Shown piece by piece: positions 46,687 through 55,641 of a stretch of DNA of 64,000 nt. Location: sequence record MK524178.1, one strand, 5' to 3'. Position 1 is the first letter of the stretch, and every line of letters starts with the position of its first letter. The position numbers were made by a program, and so were the translations under genes. The stretch is from Escherichia phage PHB12. The notes under the pieces are model-generated. The model was not told the origin of the DNA, made no database searches, and worked only from the letters and a program-made list of their open reading frames with translations.

Positions 46687-47616
46687 TTATGATTTTAATG
46701 CATTCATTGCATTAAAAAGTTTAGAGTATTGCAACTGGAGTTTGGTAACTACTTGTTGAGCATCACGAAGCTTAGCTTGTGCTTTGTCAAGTTCAACAGA
46801 CAGTTGGTCCACAGTGGCTTTGATTTGATTATAATAGTAATCTTCGGCAGGAAGAAGACCGTTAGAGATTTCCAGTTTAGTCGACGGTGTGCCGTTAAAC
46901 ATAACAGGTTGTGCTGAAGCTGCATTAATCTTACCGATAGTCGGGGCGACAATAATTGACGCTTCGAACGTTGCATTTTCCTTTTTAAGATTTTGATAGT
47001 ATTCAGAGTCTTTGTGCCACCATGGCGCAGGAACCTTTTTACCAATAGATACACGAGCCTGGATAGCGATATGGCCCTTATTCTTGATAACGTCGATAAT
47101 ATTAAGCTCACGAGAATAAATTGCTTTAATCTGGTGGATATTATCACCTAACACTTCCAACGCTTGGTGGAATACACGAGCAACGTTATCATTCTTAGGT
47201 TTATACGTAAGAGTGAACTCGTTCTCACTGATAACCATGATTTCTAACTTATCGTAAGTATATTTCAAATGTTTCATGTTAATTGCTTGAGGACGAATAC
47301 GAGAAGCAATGGCCATCAGATTGTTAAGGTTATTCCGGAACTGCTTAGCGAAATATTGTCCTTCACCGCCAATACAAAAATTACGAAGTTTCTGTTTGGC
47401 TAATAAACGGCTGAACTCACCATTTTTAATGAACTCTTTAACGGGTGTGTTAGTAACGCATTCAAATTGAGTAAACTTACGAGAAGTAATCCCATAATAT
47501 GAACAGATTTCCTCAATCTCTTCAGGAGTCTTTACAGGCATACGGATAGGATTAGGACCTGGGGTATATGCGTTAGAGGTAAATTCTTTGATAAGTTCTC
47601 TACGTGTAATAGCCAT
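46687..47616 (-). CDS. hypothetical protein with C-terminal coiled coil
   Basis: 309 aa; near-identical promoter copy upstream. Confidence 0.5.
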   Translation of the reverse strand: MAITRRELIKEFTSNAYTPGPNPIRMPVKTPEEIEEICSYYGITSRKFTQFECVTNTPVKEFIKNGEFSRLLAKQKLRNFCIGGEGQYFAKQFRNNLNNLMAIASRIRPQAINMKHLKYTYDKLEIMVISENEFTLTYKPKNDNVARVFHQALEVLGDNIHQIKAIYSRELNIIDVIKNKGHIAIQARVSIGKKVPAPWWHKDSEYYQNLKKENATFEASIIVAPTIGKINAASAQPVMFNGTPSTKLEISNGLLPAEDYYYNQIKATVDQLSVELDKAQAKLRDAQQVVTKLQLQYSKLFNAMNALKS

Positions 47617-47642
47617 TTTATATTCCTCATGTTGAAAAATTT

Positions 47643-47671
47643 ATTATACTCCAACCATCCTTGGTTGTACA
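47643..47671 (-). promoter_or_regulatory. early promoter (variant copy, -35 TGTACA)
   Basis: ttattatactccaaccatccttggttgtacatc upstream of 46687..47616. Confidence 0.45.
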
Positions 47672-48667
47672 TCATTCCTTAAGAAGTTTTACTACTTGAA
47701 TAAGATTAGCTCGTTCTGTTTTATTTTTACTGTTTAAGCCTGCTAATCGTGAGATTTCATCATCAGTCTGTTGAATAGTTACATTAAGTTCGCTAATCAA
47801 AGCTTCAAAGTATTTGATTTGCTCAGCATGTTTTGATTCAAATTTCTGAACCGGAATAACGTCCTGGTTTAGTTCATCAATAAGGTCTTTAAGAGCATCT
47901 TCTTGATTGATATCATATTCAACTTCTTTTATTTCTTCAACGAGCTCGTCTTTATATCTAACGTCTTTTAGTCCTGGTGATGGTCCTGAAATCTCTTCTT
48001 TAAGAGTACAAACATATCCAATACGGTATCCAATGCCGTCTCGCTTGATATCAACTTCGTCAATAAATCCACAATGTTTAAGACCAGAGCCGATTAGGTC
48101 AAAATATCCTTGACGTCGTCCTTCAAACGTTACACGAACTACTAAGACAGTTTTACCTGCAACCTTTTGAAGCTCACATTTATAAAAGTCTGTTGAACCT
48201 GAATAACGTGGATGAGTTTTAAAGTTCATCTGACGATCTAGGCCCATTTGTAAGCGTGCTGATACGGCCATAAAACGTGTTTGGTTCTCGTTAAGATGAG
48301 CAACAATCCATTTCAAAGGCATTTTACACTGTTCACGACCGAACAAATCAGTACGTCCTAGATTACGCAGGATGTTGTTAGAGTTAATCATCGACAGAAC
48401 GTTAAGTTTATTCAGCGCGCTGAAGATTCCATCGGCCATTGATTTTCCGTAACCTTTACACGCTTTAATAAGCGCTCGCGGTAGATTAGTATAAATTTCA
48501 GACGGCATATGAAAATCAAATTTACTAGTCAGTAATTGATGAACTTGGATAGCAATTTGCTCATAATTAAGTGCTCTGCGATCATTATGGTCTTTAAACC
48601 ACACTTTAATCTGTGAAGCACATAAACCGTTAATTTCATGTTTTACCGCATCAGATGTAATGCTCAT
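47672..48667 (-). CDS. hypothetical protein with C-terminal coiled coil
   Basis: 331-aa ORF. Confidence 0.5.
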   Translation of the reverse strand: MSITSDAVKHEINGLCASQIKVWFKDHNDRRALNYEQIAIQVHQLLTSKFDFHMPSEIYTNLPRALIKACKGYGKSMADGIFSALNKLNVLSMINSNNILRNLGRTDLFGREQCKMPLKWIVAHLNENQTRFMAVSARLQMGLDRQMNFKTHPRYSGSTDFYKCELQKVAGKTVLVVRVTFEGRRQGYFDLIGSGLKHCGFIDEVDIKRDGIGYRIGYVCTLKEEISGPSPGLKDVRYKDELVEEIKEVEYDINQEDALKDLIDELNQDVIPVQKFESKHAEQIKYFEALISELNVTIQQTDDEISRLAGLNSKNKTERANLIQVVKLLKE

Positions 48668-48729
48668 AACTATTTCCTCAGATTGAATTGGAACTCAAAA
48701 CCATTATAACCCGTCCTTGGGTAAAGCGT

Positions 48730-49257
48730 TTATGCGTGAACCGTCTTTAAACGTTCTTCAAATTTCCGAAGAGTACTAATACGTTCTGCTTTCTGTTTTG
48801 TATAGTTTGCAATACGTTCTGAAGTGAGAGCGTATCGTTCGTTTACTGTTTCTTTCATGAAGTCAGGGATTTCACGAGAAGCTTTAATTTCATCAAACTT
48901 ATCGAGTACTGCCTGGTCTTCAGCGATTAAATTTTCGTACATCTCGATATCTTTCTTGATAAACTCGATATCTTCCTGGGTTACTTTGGATAAACGAGAT
49001 GCTTTATCCTTTTTGTACTGCTCGTTAGTTTCACGAGACCAGAATAATGTACGTTTTTTGTTAGTGTTTTTGTAGACTTCCACAATTCCAACTGAATCGA
49101 TGATAGCAATCCAATTCCAGTGAGATTTGAAAATCTGACCTCCGTCCACGGTAATCTCGTTACCATAAGCAACGTCATTAAAGAACTTGCTTTGTGCTTC
49201 AGATTTAAATTTACCGTCGTTATAATTTACCAGGTTGAAAATATCTTTAGCGTTCAT
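48730..49257 (-). CDS. hypothetical protein
   Basis: 175 aa; RBS GGAGG; promoter upstream. Confidence 0.45.
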   Translation of the reverse strand: MNAKDIFNLVNYNDGKFKSEAQSKFFNDVAYGNEITVDGGQIFKSHWNWIAIIDSVGIVEVYKNTNKKRTLFWSRETNEQYKKDKASRLSKVTQEDIEFIKKDIEMYENLIAEDQAVLDKFDEIKASREIPDFMKETVNERYALTSERIANYTKQKAERISTLRKFEERLKTVHA

Positions 49258-49284
49258 GTTTTACCTCCAGTAGTTGATAGGTCT

Positions 49285-49313
49285 ATAATAACATAACCAT
49301 AGACCTTGTAAAC
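49285..49313 (-). promoter_or_regulatory. early promoter (GTTTAC / TATTAT) with ATAGACC palindrome around -10
   Basis: GTTTACaaggtctatggttatgtTATTATagacctatc; inverted repeat AGGTCTAT / ATAGACCT at 49279-49306. Confidence 0.55.
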
Positions 49314-49315
49314 AA

Positions 49316-49657
49316 CTAAAAGAAACTTTTTTCGGTATTTTTTCCACTGAACCAAGCGGATTGGGTAGTATTTTTCCGTTGGTGTTCGATACGAATGCGA
49401 TATTCATTCCTGATGGCGCAGAGTTCACCTCGGAAGTCGCCTGCCAACTTTACCTGCTTTCGGTCTAGATTTATTAAGGCCTGAGTCTTCGCGGCCAAGA
49501 GCAGTCTCTTGTAGTCTCCTTCTTCACAATCGGTTTTATAAACTCTATTGGTATATCCGTTGATAACTTCTTTATCATAGTCCTCGACGGATTGTTTCAT
49601 AGCTTTGGAAAAAGTCTGACCTGCGTTATAAAGATTGTAAATAAATTGTTCAAACAT
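49316..49657 (-). CDS. hypothetical protein
   Basis: 113-aa ORF. Confidence 0.4.
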   Translation of the reverse strand: MFEQFIYNLYNAGQTFSKAMKQSVEDYDKEVINGYTNRVYKTDCEEGDYKRLLLAAKTQALINLDRKQVKLAGDFRGELCAIRNEYRIRIEHQRKNTTQSAWFSGKNTEKSFF

Positions 49658-49667
49658 AATTTCACCT

Positions 49668-50648
49668 TTATTTCAGAAGTGTAACTTCAGAGATTTCCTC
49701 CCAACCGTCTTTATCAGTTGAAATAAAATCTGCTACATAAAGAGCCGTACGTAATGATACATTGCGAAGACGAGATACGTTAGCCTTCATCCAGGACAAT
49801 GCTTTATACGTTTCTGCATCTGTCAGACCACGTTTCTGCATCATGTCAGTAGATAATATTACATCTTCAACTCGAACCATAATCTCTTCATTAGAGTGTA
49901 CTCCAAGGTCGAGATACACTGAACGAGATACTAAAGCTTGAAGGTGCGGGGCAAGCTTCGAACCGCGTTCTAACTCTTTATCGATATCAACGTTTGTAAT
50001 GAAAACGATAGTACCTTCAAACACAAATTCTTTATCAATACCCTTATCATCGAGATAAGACGACGCAGTGCTCCAGCAAACTTTGCGTTTATCTCCAGTA
50101 TCTAATGCTGCTTTAAGAAGGTTCAAGATGTCCATATCCGAGAATACGTCAACGTCGTCGATTAAGAGAACGCTGTCTGCATCACGGTTGAGCCAAAGTT
50201 GTTCGTAAAGGCCTATACCAGAGATTTTACCATTAATGCTTTTGTATTTGATGAAACCGTTATCATTAGCATTATTAAGCGCTTTATCCAGAGAATACGT
50301 CTTACCAATACCTGCTGCACCTGAAATAATGAGTGAACGAATTTTGCCATCGATAATGCCATTCGTCATCATGTTCATTACTTTAAAGCGTTTGTTGATA
50401 CGAGTTTTCATATCTTCACTGCTTTCAACAACTGCAACTGGTGATGTCTCAGCTCCTTCCATTACGATGTCTGATTTGAAGACCCATACTCCACGTTCAG
50501 AACCATCAATCATAACGAAAATTTTACCATCACCTAAGTGGGAACATTCAGGATTAAGCTTTGCCGGGAACCATGTCTTTGTGGCAACATAAGAACCAGA
50601 GATTTCGTTATTACGATAGATACCTTTTTTGATTTGAACGTTGAACAT
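49668..50648 (-). CDS. P-loop ATPase (AAA-like), unknown function
   Basis: Walker A ISGAAGIGKTY and Walker B VLLIDDVD; start at MFNVQIKKG after GGAGAA. Confidence 0.5.
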   Translation of the reverse strand: MFNVQIKKGIYRNNEISGSYVATKTWFPAKLNPECSHLGDGKIFVMIDGSERGVWVFKSDIVMEGAETSPVAVVESSEDMKTRINKRFKVMNMMTNGIIDGKIRSLIISGAAGIGKTYSLDKALNNANDNGFIKYKSINGKISGIGLYEQLWLNRDADSVLLIDDVDVFSDMDILNLLKAALDTGDKRKVCWSTASSYLDDKGIDKEFVFEGTIVFITNVDIDKELERGSKLAPHLQALVSRSVYLDLGVHSNEEIMVRVEDVILSTDMMQKRGLTDAETYKALSWMKANVSRLRNVSLRTALYVADFISTDKDGWEEISEVTLLK

Positions 50649-50686
50649 TTTATTCTCCAATTTACTCATTTCGTTTCGATAGGTCT

Positions 50687-50715
50687 ATAATAACATGTTT
50701 AAAGCAAAAGTAAAC
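50687..50715 (-). promoter_or_regulatory. early promoter (GTTTAC / TATTAT)
   Basis: GTTTACttttgctttaaacatgtTATTATagacctatc upstream of the P-loop ATPase gene. Confidence 0.55.
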
Positions 50716-50717
50716 AA

Positions 50718-50936
50718 TTATTTGCGACGAGATTTTTTGGTAAGAGGTTGAAAGAACACTGCTTTACCTGCAGGAGTCAAAGTAACTCGTAATGCATTAC
50801 CGATTCCCAAGGATGCTTTAACAAGACCTTTAGATTTCAGTTCACCGAATGCTTGACGTTGGTCTGCATCACGAGTGTTAACCATAAGACCTTTATCACC
50901 AGCTTCACGAATCATTTCTAACATTTTGGTTTTCAT
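50718..50936 (-). CDS. small hypothetical protein
   Basis: Start at MKTKMLEMIREAG after GAGGAG. Confidence 0.35.
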   Translation of the reverse strand: MKTKMLEMIREAGDKGLMVNTRDADQRQAFGELKSKGLVKASLGIGNALRVTLTPAGKAVFFQPLTKKSRRK

Positions 50937-50964
50937 TTTGTTCTCCTCTTGTTTTGATAGGTCT

Positions 50965-50993
50965 ATAATAACATATCCTAAAAGCATGTACAC
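50965..50993 (-). promoter_or_regulatory. early promoter-like (GTGTAC / TATTAT)
   Basis: GTGTACatgcttttaggatatgtTATTATagacctatc. Confidence 0.45.
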
Positions 50994-51021
50994 CACTTTT
51001 TAAAAATATTTTGACCCCCTA

Positions 51022-51039
51022 AAGGGCCCGAAGGCCCTT
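51022..51039 (-). terminator. 3' stabilising hairpin after nucleotidyltransferase gene
   Basis: AAGGGCC-cgaa-GGCCCTT; weak U tract on minus strand. Confidence 0.35.
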
Positions 51040-51040
51040 A

Positions 51041-52030
51041 TCATTTATAGTACGAATTGTGGTTTTCTAAGTAGACTTGCTCAAGGAAATCATCCCAGAA
51101 ACTCATATCTACTTTTTGTTGCATACCGTTCTTGGCAGCTTGTTCTGATGCTTGTTCAACTTTGTCAACGATATCTTCTAGGAATTCTTGTACAGTTTTA
51201 AACGTATGTTTACCAAGCTTAACATCTAGAATAAATGGAGCATCCCGAAGTGGGTAAACCAGGTCGCCGGTTTTATAAATTTCTAATAGTTGAAGTCCAC
51301 CACGACATGCATGACTCAATGCTTTCCAGTCAATACCTTCGTTAGCTTCTGCCTTACGAGCACGTTCGCCATAGTTCTCTTCCAGTTTAACCAGGATGGC
51401 ATTGAACTCTTTATTGGTTAATGTGTCTTGGAATTTACGGTCTAACAGATTATAGAACGTTTGCTTACCTGTTTTCTCGTTTTCGGTTTCAACCCACGAA
51501 GCAAATTCACCTACGGGCAGAACATTCTTCATATGTGATAAACGAATTACTGCACCATTATCAAAGTATTGTCCCCATTCGTTAGAACGTTTAAGGGCTT
51601 GTCGAAGAACAGCCAGTCGAGAACCCTTGACACCATATTTAGAAGCTTGCTTACGGACATACCCTAAATAAGATTTCATGTTAGTAGTATAGAAACGAGA
51701 CCTGTTGTCTTGAATATACTTCCACACGTCAGGCAAATCAGATTTAACTACTAGACTTTGCGGAGTGTGAAGCATATCTAATGCGACAGTTTCACCATCC
51801 ATAGCTAGTTTAAAGAAATATTTGAGACTATACAACTCGTGGTCCACGTCGTCTTTTGTGTTCTTAGAAGATGTGTTATTCGTGTTCTTGCTCATGTGTT
51901 CTTTAACGTTACCAGTCAAGATATCACGAGCATGAGGGACATAAATTTCTTTAAAATCGACGTCAGATTCAGGAGTAGACGTTCCATAAAGGTGACTACC
52001 AAAGTAGCCTTTCATAATTGTTTTCATCAT
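51041..52030 (-). CDS. Pol-beta-superfamily nucleotidyltransferase, unknown substrate
   Basis: 329 aa; N-terminal GSHLYGTSTPESDVDF (G-S...D-x-D). Confidence 0.5.
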   Translation of the reverse strand: MMKTIMKGYFGSHLYGTSTPESDVDFKEIYVPHARDILTGNVKEHMSKNTNNTSSKNTKDDVDHELYSLKYFFKLAMDGETVALDMLHTPQSLVVKSDLPDVWKYIQDNRSRFYTTNMKSYLGYVRKQASKYGVKGSRLAVLRQALKRSNEWGQYFDNGAVIRLSHMKNVLPVGEFASWVETENEKTGKQTFYNLLDRKFQDTLTNKEFNAILVKLEENYGERARKAEANEGIDWKALSHACRGGLQLLEIYKTGDLVYPLRDAPFILDVKLGKHTFKTVQEFLEDIVDKVEQASEQAAKNGMQQKVDMSFWDDFLEQVYLENHNSYYK

Positions 52031-52500
52031 TTAGCCTTATATTCAAGAGTAGGACAGACTTTTTCTTTACGAGCTTTAAGGTATTCACCTATTAATGATT
52101 TCTTACGTTCAATAGGCTCAAGTCCATTTTTAATTCGTTCTTGGTTTTTCGCAATGAGCTCGATTTCTTTATAATATTTTCTGTCGTTATATTTGTCTAA
52201 CAACCAAGACGGACCAATTATCAACCCGGCAGCAATAAAAGCCATGACTGCTACTATTAAAATGCCTACGCCAATTGAGGCTGGAACTAATGTCCATAGA
52301 CTGCTAAAAACAAAGAATTTAGTTAAAATTTCCTGGCCAATGATTACGACTGCTGCTAAAATCGCAAATCCGATAATTGAAACAGACAATACCGGGATTA
52401 ACGTTTTCCAAAAATAAGCACACAACGTTTTCGGGCGATTCCATGTACTATTGAACGCGGCATAAATTTTAAAGTGCCAAGAGTTTTCATTGATAATCAT
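52027..52500 (-). CDS. membrane protein
   Basis: 157 aa with two or three TM helices. Confidence 0.4.
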   Translation of the reverse strand: MIINENSWHFKIYAAFNSTWNRPKTLCAYFWKTLIPVLSVSIIGFAILAAVVIIGQEILTKFFVFSSLWTLVPASIGVGILIVAVMAFIAAGLIIGPSWLLDKYNDRKYYKEIELIAKNQERIKNGLEPIERKKSLIGEYLKARKEKVCPTLEYKAK

Positions 52501-52509
52501 AATAATTCC

Positions 52510-53040
52510 TTATTTCAAAGTCGGGATAATAGAATCAAGATAAGCTTTAAGAGCAACTGCTTCATCTTTGTCTAATGTAATGATATGTTGACGAAGGTCA
52601 TCAATTTGACGAATAACTACGACATCACCATCTTCATAAGAAGGATTAACGCCTAAGACCGTTGTAGAGTCAGAGTTGGCCGGATTTGTAATAAAAGCAT
52701 TACGGCATTTAGCCCATTGAAGTTTGGCCTTTTTGGCTGTTTCAGATTCCACGAATTCTTTCACCTTAGTGACGAATGTTTTCCAATTATTAATAGAAAA
52801 ACATTCGTCTTCAGTTTCGATATTAACCCCACTATAAAGTCCATGATAAAAACGAACTTGAAGGTCTTCGTCAATGTTAATTACAGATGCATGGCCCGGT
52901 GGATTGAGTTTCAAAATCTTGTCCAGTTCCATAGGAAGAATAGTAACCGCATCATCTTCTTGTGTCAGAACGTAAGCACAACCACGTTTTTCTATACATA
53001 AATCACCAAACAACTCAGTCGTTTCAATTACCGTTTTCAT
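52510..53040 (-). CDS. hypothetical protein
   Basis: Start at ATG MKTVIETTELF (track start is TTG). Confidence 0.4.
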   Translation of the reverse strand: MKTVIETTELFGDLCIEKRGCAYVLTQEDDAVTILPMELDKILKLNPPGHASVINIDEDLQVRFYHGLYSGVNIETEDECFSINNWKTFVTKVKEFVESETAKKAKLQWAKCRNAFITNPANSDSTTVLGVNPSYEDGDVVVIRQIDDLRQHIITLDKDEAVALKAYLDSIIPTLK

Positions 53041-53385
53041 ATTATTCACCAATTAAAGTTTCAACAAAATTCACTAAATCATTCTGACAAGCATCAACCT
53101 GATTTTCATAAAAATCTCCGTTATCATTTACCGCGTGATAAGCTACATCATTCAAATCTGAATCGGCTTCACGTAAGTCACGGATAAGGTCCATCAATTT
53201 ATTAGCTTGTTCACGGGTCATTTTACCATACTCGTTTCAATAAGATTCACTATGCCGTTTACCATGTTATAAGTAAACATCGGATAATTGTATTGTACTA
53301 CAACATAAGCGATAAGCAAAAGTTTCATTTTGTTCTCCATTTGTTTTGGTAGGATTACTATATCATAGTCCTACCAAGACGTAAA

Positions 53386-53619
53386 CTACCGATTGTGTTT
53401 TAAATGTTGATAAAGCTCTTCAACTTGTTTAGGGTCCAAAACAATTAAGTCATTTTCTTGGCGAAGATAAATCCATCCCTTATCCCCAGGACCATTTTTA
53501 CAAAACATCACCACCGTATCATCATCTTCAGCGCTTTCAGGTAAAAGTTCAAGTACACCGTCTTCAGATTTTCCAGTATAATCGTAAAGCATAATGACCT
53601 CACATAATCTCGTTAACAT
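53386..53619 (-). CDS. hypothetical protein
   Basis: 77-aa ORF. Confidence 0.35.
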   Translation of the reverse strand: MLTRLCEVIMLYDYTGKSEDGVLELLPESAEDDDTVVMFCKNGPGDKGWIYLRQENDLIVLDPKQVEELYQHLKHNR

Positions 53620-53779
53620 ACATTTGCAATTCGGTGTGGGCAGATGCCATCTTTTTCATTGCCTTATTGATATCGATATCACCGTCTTCACACCCGTGGG
53701 CATTTTCCCAATCGGATACAGCGTTAGCGTACTCTTCAATCAAAAACATTAACTTAGAAATTTTTTCTTTACGTGACAT
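53600..53779 (-). CDS. hypothetical protein
   Basis: Start at MSRKEKISKL after GAGGAG. Confidence 0.35.
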   Translation of the reverse strand: MSRKEKISKLMFLIEEYANAVSDWENAHGCEDGDIDINKAMKKMASAHTELQMYVNEIM

Positions 53780-53806
53780 AACGTTCTCCTCTAGTAAGTA
53801 AGGTCT

Positions 53807-53835
53807 ACTATAACACAACCTGAGGAGAAGTAAAC
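53807..53835 (-). promoter_or_regulatory. early promoter (GTTTAC / TATAGT) flanked by CTCCTC/GAGGAG repeat
   Basis: GTTTACttctcctcaggttgtgtTATAGT; 6-bp arms at about 53786-53791 and 53822-53827. Confidence 0.5.
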
Positions 53836-53845
53836 TGCTAAATGC

Positions 53846-53874
53846 AAAAAAAGCCCCAACCTTTCGGAAGGGGC
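53846..53874 (-). terminator. rho-independent terminator, repeat copy 1
   Basis: aaaaaaaGCCCCaaCCtttcGGaaGGGGC on plus; U-run on minus strand after hairpin. Confidence 0.65.
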
Positions 53875-53879
53875 TTTGA

Positions 53880-54437
53880 TTAGTTTTTGTAATATCGTAA
53901 AGGGTTGATATGGAATGAAAGCATTGCGCGTGGAATAGGACGACTCAAAAGACTCTTAAGTTTCCAACCACAATAAACACGCAGATAAAATGTAATACCA
54001 CCAACCTTAAGATAAGGTATAGCAGCGAATAATCCCCATGCAGACTCGTTCCAAACTAAAAGATATCCATGATGTGCCGGATCAGGAGATCCAGATTTAG
54101 TTTCGGCGTTGCCTTTATAGTGCCATTCTGATGAAGCTTCGCGACCTAAAACATGATACGAAAAATTATATGCTTTGTTGCGCCATAGCCAAGCTACGCG
54201 TTGAGCATATTTACCTATAACAGGAATTTTACGTATTTTAGACCAACGTTCAACATGGCCGCGGTCACCATCGATAGGATTATCGTAAGTCATCATCCAG
54301 TCAAAGCCATAAGGTAGTTTACCGGTTTTTTCACTATGGAATGGAACTACAAATGGTGCTAGAATAATTGCTAAAATCGCTGCGATCCAATCTATAGGAA
54401 CAAGAACAACCCAACTTATATATTTTAAAAATTTCAT
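53880..54437 (-). CDS. membrane protein with late promoter (rI.-1 position)
   Basis: 185 aa, N-terminal TM helix; TATAAATA upstream; bracketed by two identical terminator hairpins. Confidence 0.5.
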   Translation of the reverse strand: MKFLKYISWVVLVPIDWIAAILAIILAPFVVPFHSEKTGKLPYGFDWMMTYDNPIDGDRGHVERWSKIRKIPVIGKYAQRVAWLWRNKAYNFSYHVLGREASSEWHYKGNAETKSGSPDPAHHGYLLVWNESAWGLFAAIPYLKVGGITFYLRVYCGWKLKSLLSRPIPRAMLSFHINPLRYYKN

Positions 54438-54461
54438 ATATCCTCTCTTAGTTTACAAGGA

Positions 54462-54469
54462 TATTTATA
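54462..54469 (-). promoter_or_regulatory. late promoter TATAAATA upstream of 53880..54437
   Basis: gTATAAATAtccttgtaaactaagagaggatatATG. Confidence 0.55.
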
Positions 54470-54470
54470 C

Positions 54471-54497
54471 AAAAAGCCCCAACCTTTCGGAAGGGGC
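54471..54497 (-). terminator. rho-independent terminator, repeat copy 2 (identical)
   Basis: aaaaaGCCCCaacctttcggaaGGGGC, identical to 53848-53874, directly after rI. Confidence 0.65.
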
Positions 54498-54504
54498 AGG
54501 TAAA

Positions 54505-54807
54505 TTAGATAGATGTAGGCTCTAATTTTATTTTCATGAACTCGGCAAATTGTCTGGCAGTTTTTATGCCTTGTTCATGACATTCAAATGCATCATCACA
54601 GGGGCTATTTTTGTAATGCTTTACCATATACTTATAGAATTTTTCAGAATTCTCGACATTTTGAATTTCAAACAAAGTATATACGTTTTTAATCCCTGAT
54701 TCCATAAAGTTATCAAAATATGGGTCGGTATACGCAGTGCCAACGATAGGAGTTGTTGCTGCAAAAAACCCCAGCATCGCCACAATGGCTATCGCTCTTA
54801 AGGCCAT
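54505..54807 (-). CDS. rI: lysis inhibition protein RI
   Basis: 100 aa; signal anchor MALRAIAIVAMLG, FMESGI..VY.LFE, YKN.PC...FEC match T4 RI. Confidence 0.8.
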   Translation of the reverse strand: MALRAIAIVAMLGFFAATTPIVGTAYTDPYFDNFMESGIKNVYTLFEIQNVENSEKFYKYMVKHYKNSPCDDAFECHEQGIKTARQFAEFMKIKLEPTSI

Positions 54808-54819
54808 ATAGGCCTCCTG

Positions 54820-55032
54820 TTAATTTTGGCCAGTATTTATTTTTCGCCTTTGGACGGCCTTAACATCTGCGAGGTATTTTTCCAGCTTACGCTTACGAGT
54901 ATAATCTGCTTTAGAACCGGTTTGACGGATATCCTCATTTAAATGAGAAATAGAATGTCCTAATTCTCTTCGGATTTCATCCAATTGGGTTACAGTAAGA
55001 TTACGAAGTTGTCTTTCGTTTAATTGCTGCAT
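54820..55032 (-). CDS. hypothetical protein
   Basis: 70 aa; TATAAATA late promoter upstream. Confidence 0.4.
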   Translation of the reverse strand: MQQLNERQLRNLTVTQLDEIRRELGHSISHLNEDIRQTGSKADYTRKRKLEKYLADVKAVQRRKINTGQN

Positions 55033-55056
55033 ATATACCTCTTGGTTAGATATTAG

Positions 55057-55064
55057 TATTTATA
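55057..55064 (-). promoter_or_regulatory. late promoter TATAAATA upstream of 54820..55032
   Basis: gttaTAAATActaatatctaaccaagaggtatatATG. Confidence 0.5.
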
Positions 55065-55641
55065 ACAACCCTGTCAAATCATTCCAATGCTTCCGGCATA
55101 ATGACACATATCTATCGGTGTCACCAATTTCAATTTGACTGCCATCTGTAATTGGAAGTCCGTCTTCAGTGACTCTAGCTACCATTGTGGCCTTTTTACC
55201 ACAATGACAGACACCTTTAAGTTCAACAAGCTTATCGGCAATAGCCATTAATGCTTGAGAACCTTCAAATAGATTACCTTTAAAATCTGTTCGTAGTCCA
55301 TATGCCATTACCGGCACATTGTATACGTCAACAATACGACTAAGTTGATACACCTTTTCAGTAGTTAAGAACTGAGCTTCGTCAACAAATACACAATGAA
55401 TATCCTTTTGTGCTGCAGCCCATTTATAGAATTCAAAGATATCCATGTCTTTTGTAATTATATTGGCGTCCTGACGAATACCAATACGAGAGACTATTTC
55501 ACCTTTTGAATCGCGAGTATCAATAGCCGGTTTAAGAACTAATACACCCATGCCACGTTCTTTATAGTTATGTGCGGCAGTAAGTAATGAAGCAGACTTA
55601 CCAGCGTTCATAGCGGCATATGTAAAAATTAAACTAGCCAT
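55060..55641 (-). CDS. tk: thymidine kinase
   Basis: 193 aa; MASLIFTYAAMNAGKSASLL P-loop, CHCGKKA zinc site; matches T4 Tk. Confidence 0.9.
   Translation of the reverse strand: MASLIFTYAAMNAGKSASLLTAAHNYKERGMGVLVLKPAIDTRDSKGEIVSRIGIRQDANIITKDMDIFEFYKWAAAQKDIHCVFVDEAQFLTTEKVYQLSRIVDVYNVPVMAYGLRTDFKGNLFEGSQALMAIADKLVELKGVCHCGKKATMVARVTEDGLPITDGSQIEIGDTDRYVSLCRKHWNDLTGLL

Noticed and set aside
50684-50712. MotA-box-like TGCTTTA upstream of the P-loop ATPase gene
   Set aside because: The box sits only about 7 nt from the -10, not the roughly 12-13 nt of T4 middle promoters; the GTTTAC early promoter explains the region.
53044-53328. Two micro-ORFs (59 aa and 36 aa) between 52510..53040 and 53386..53619
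   Set aside because: Both have plausible starts (the 36-aa one has a GGAGAA RBS) but are below reliable size and have no recognisable features; not annotated without expression data.
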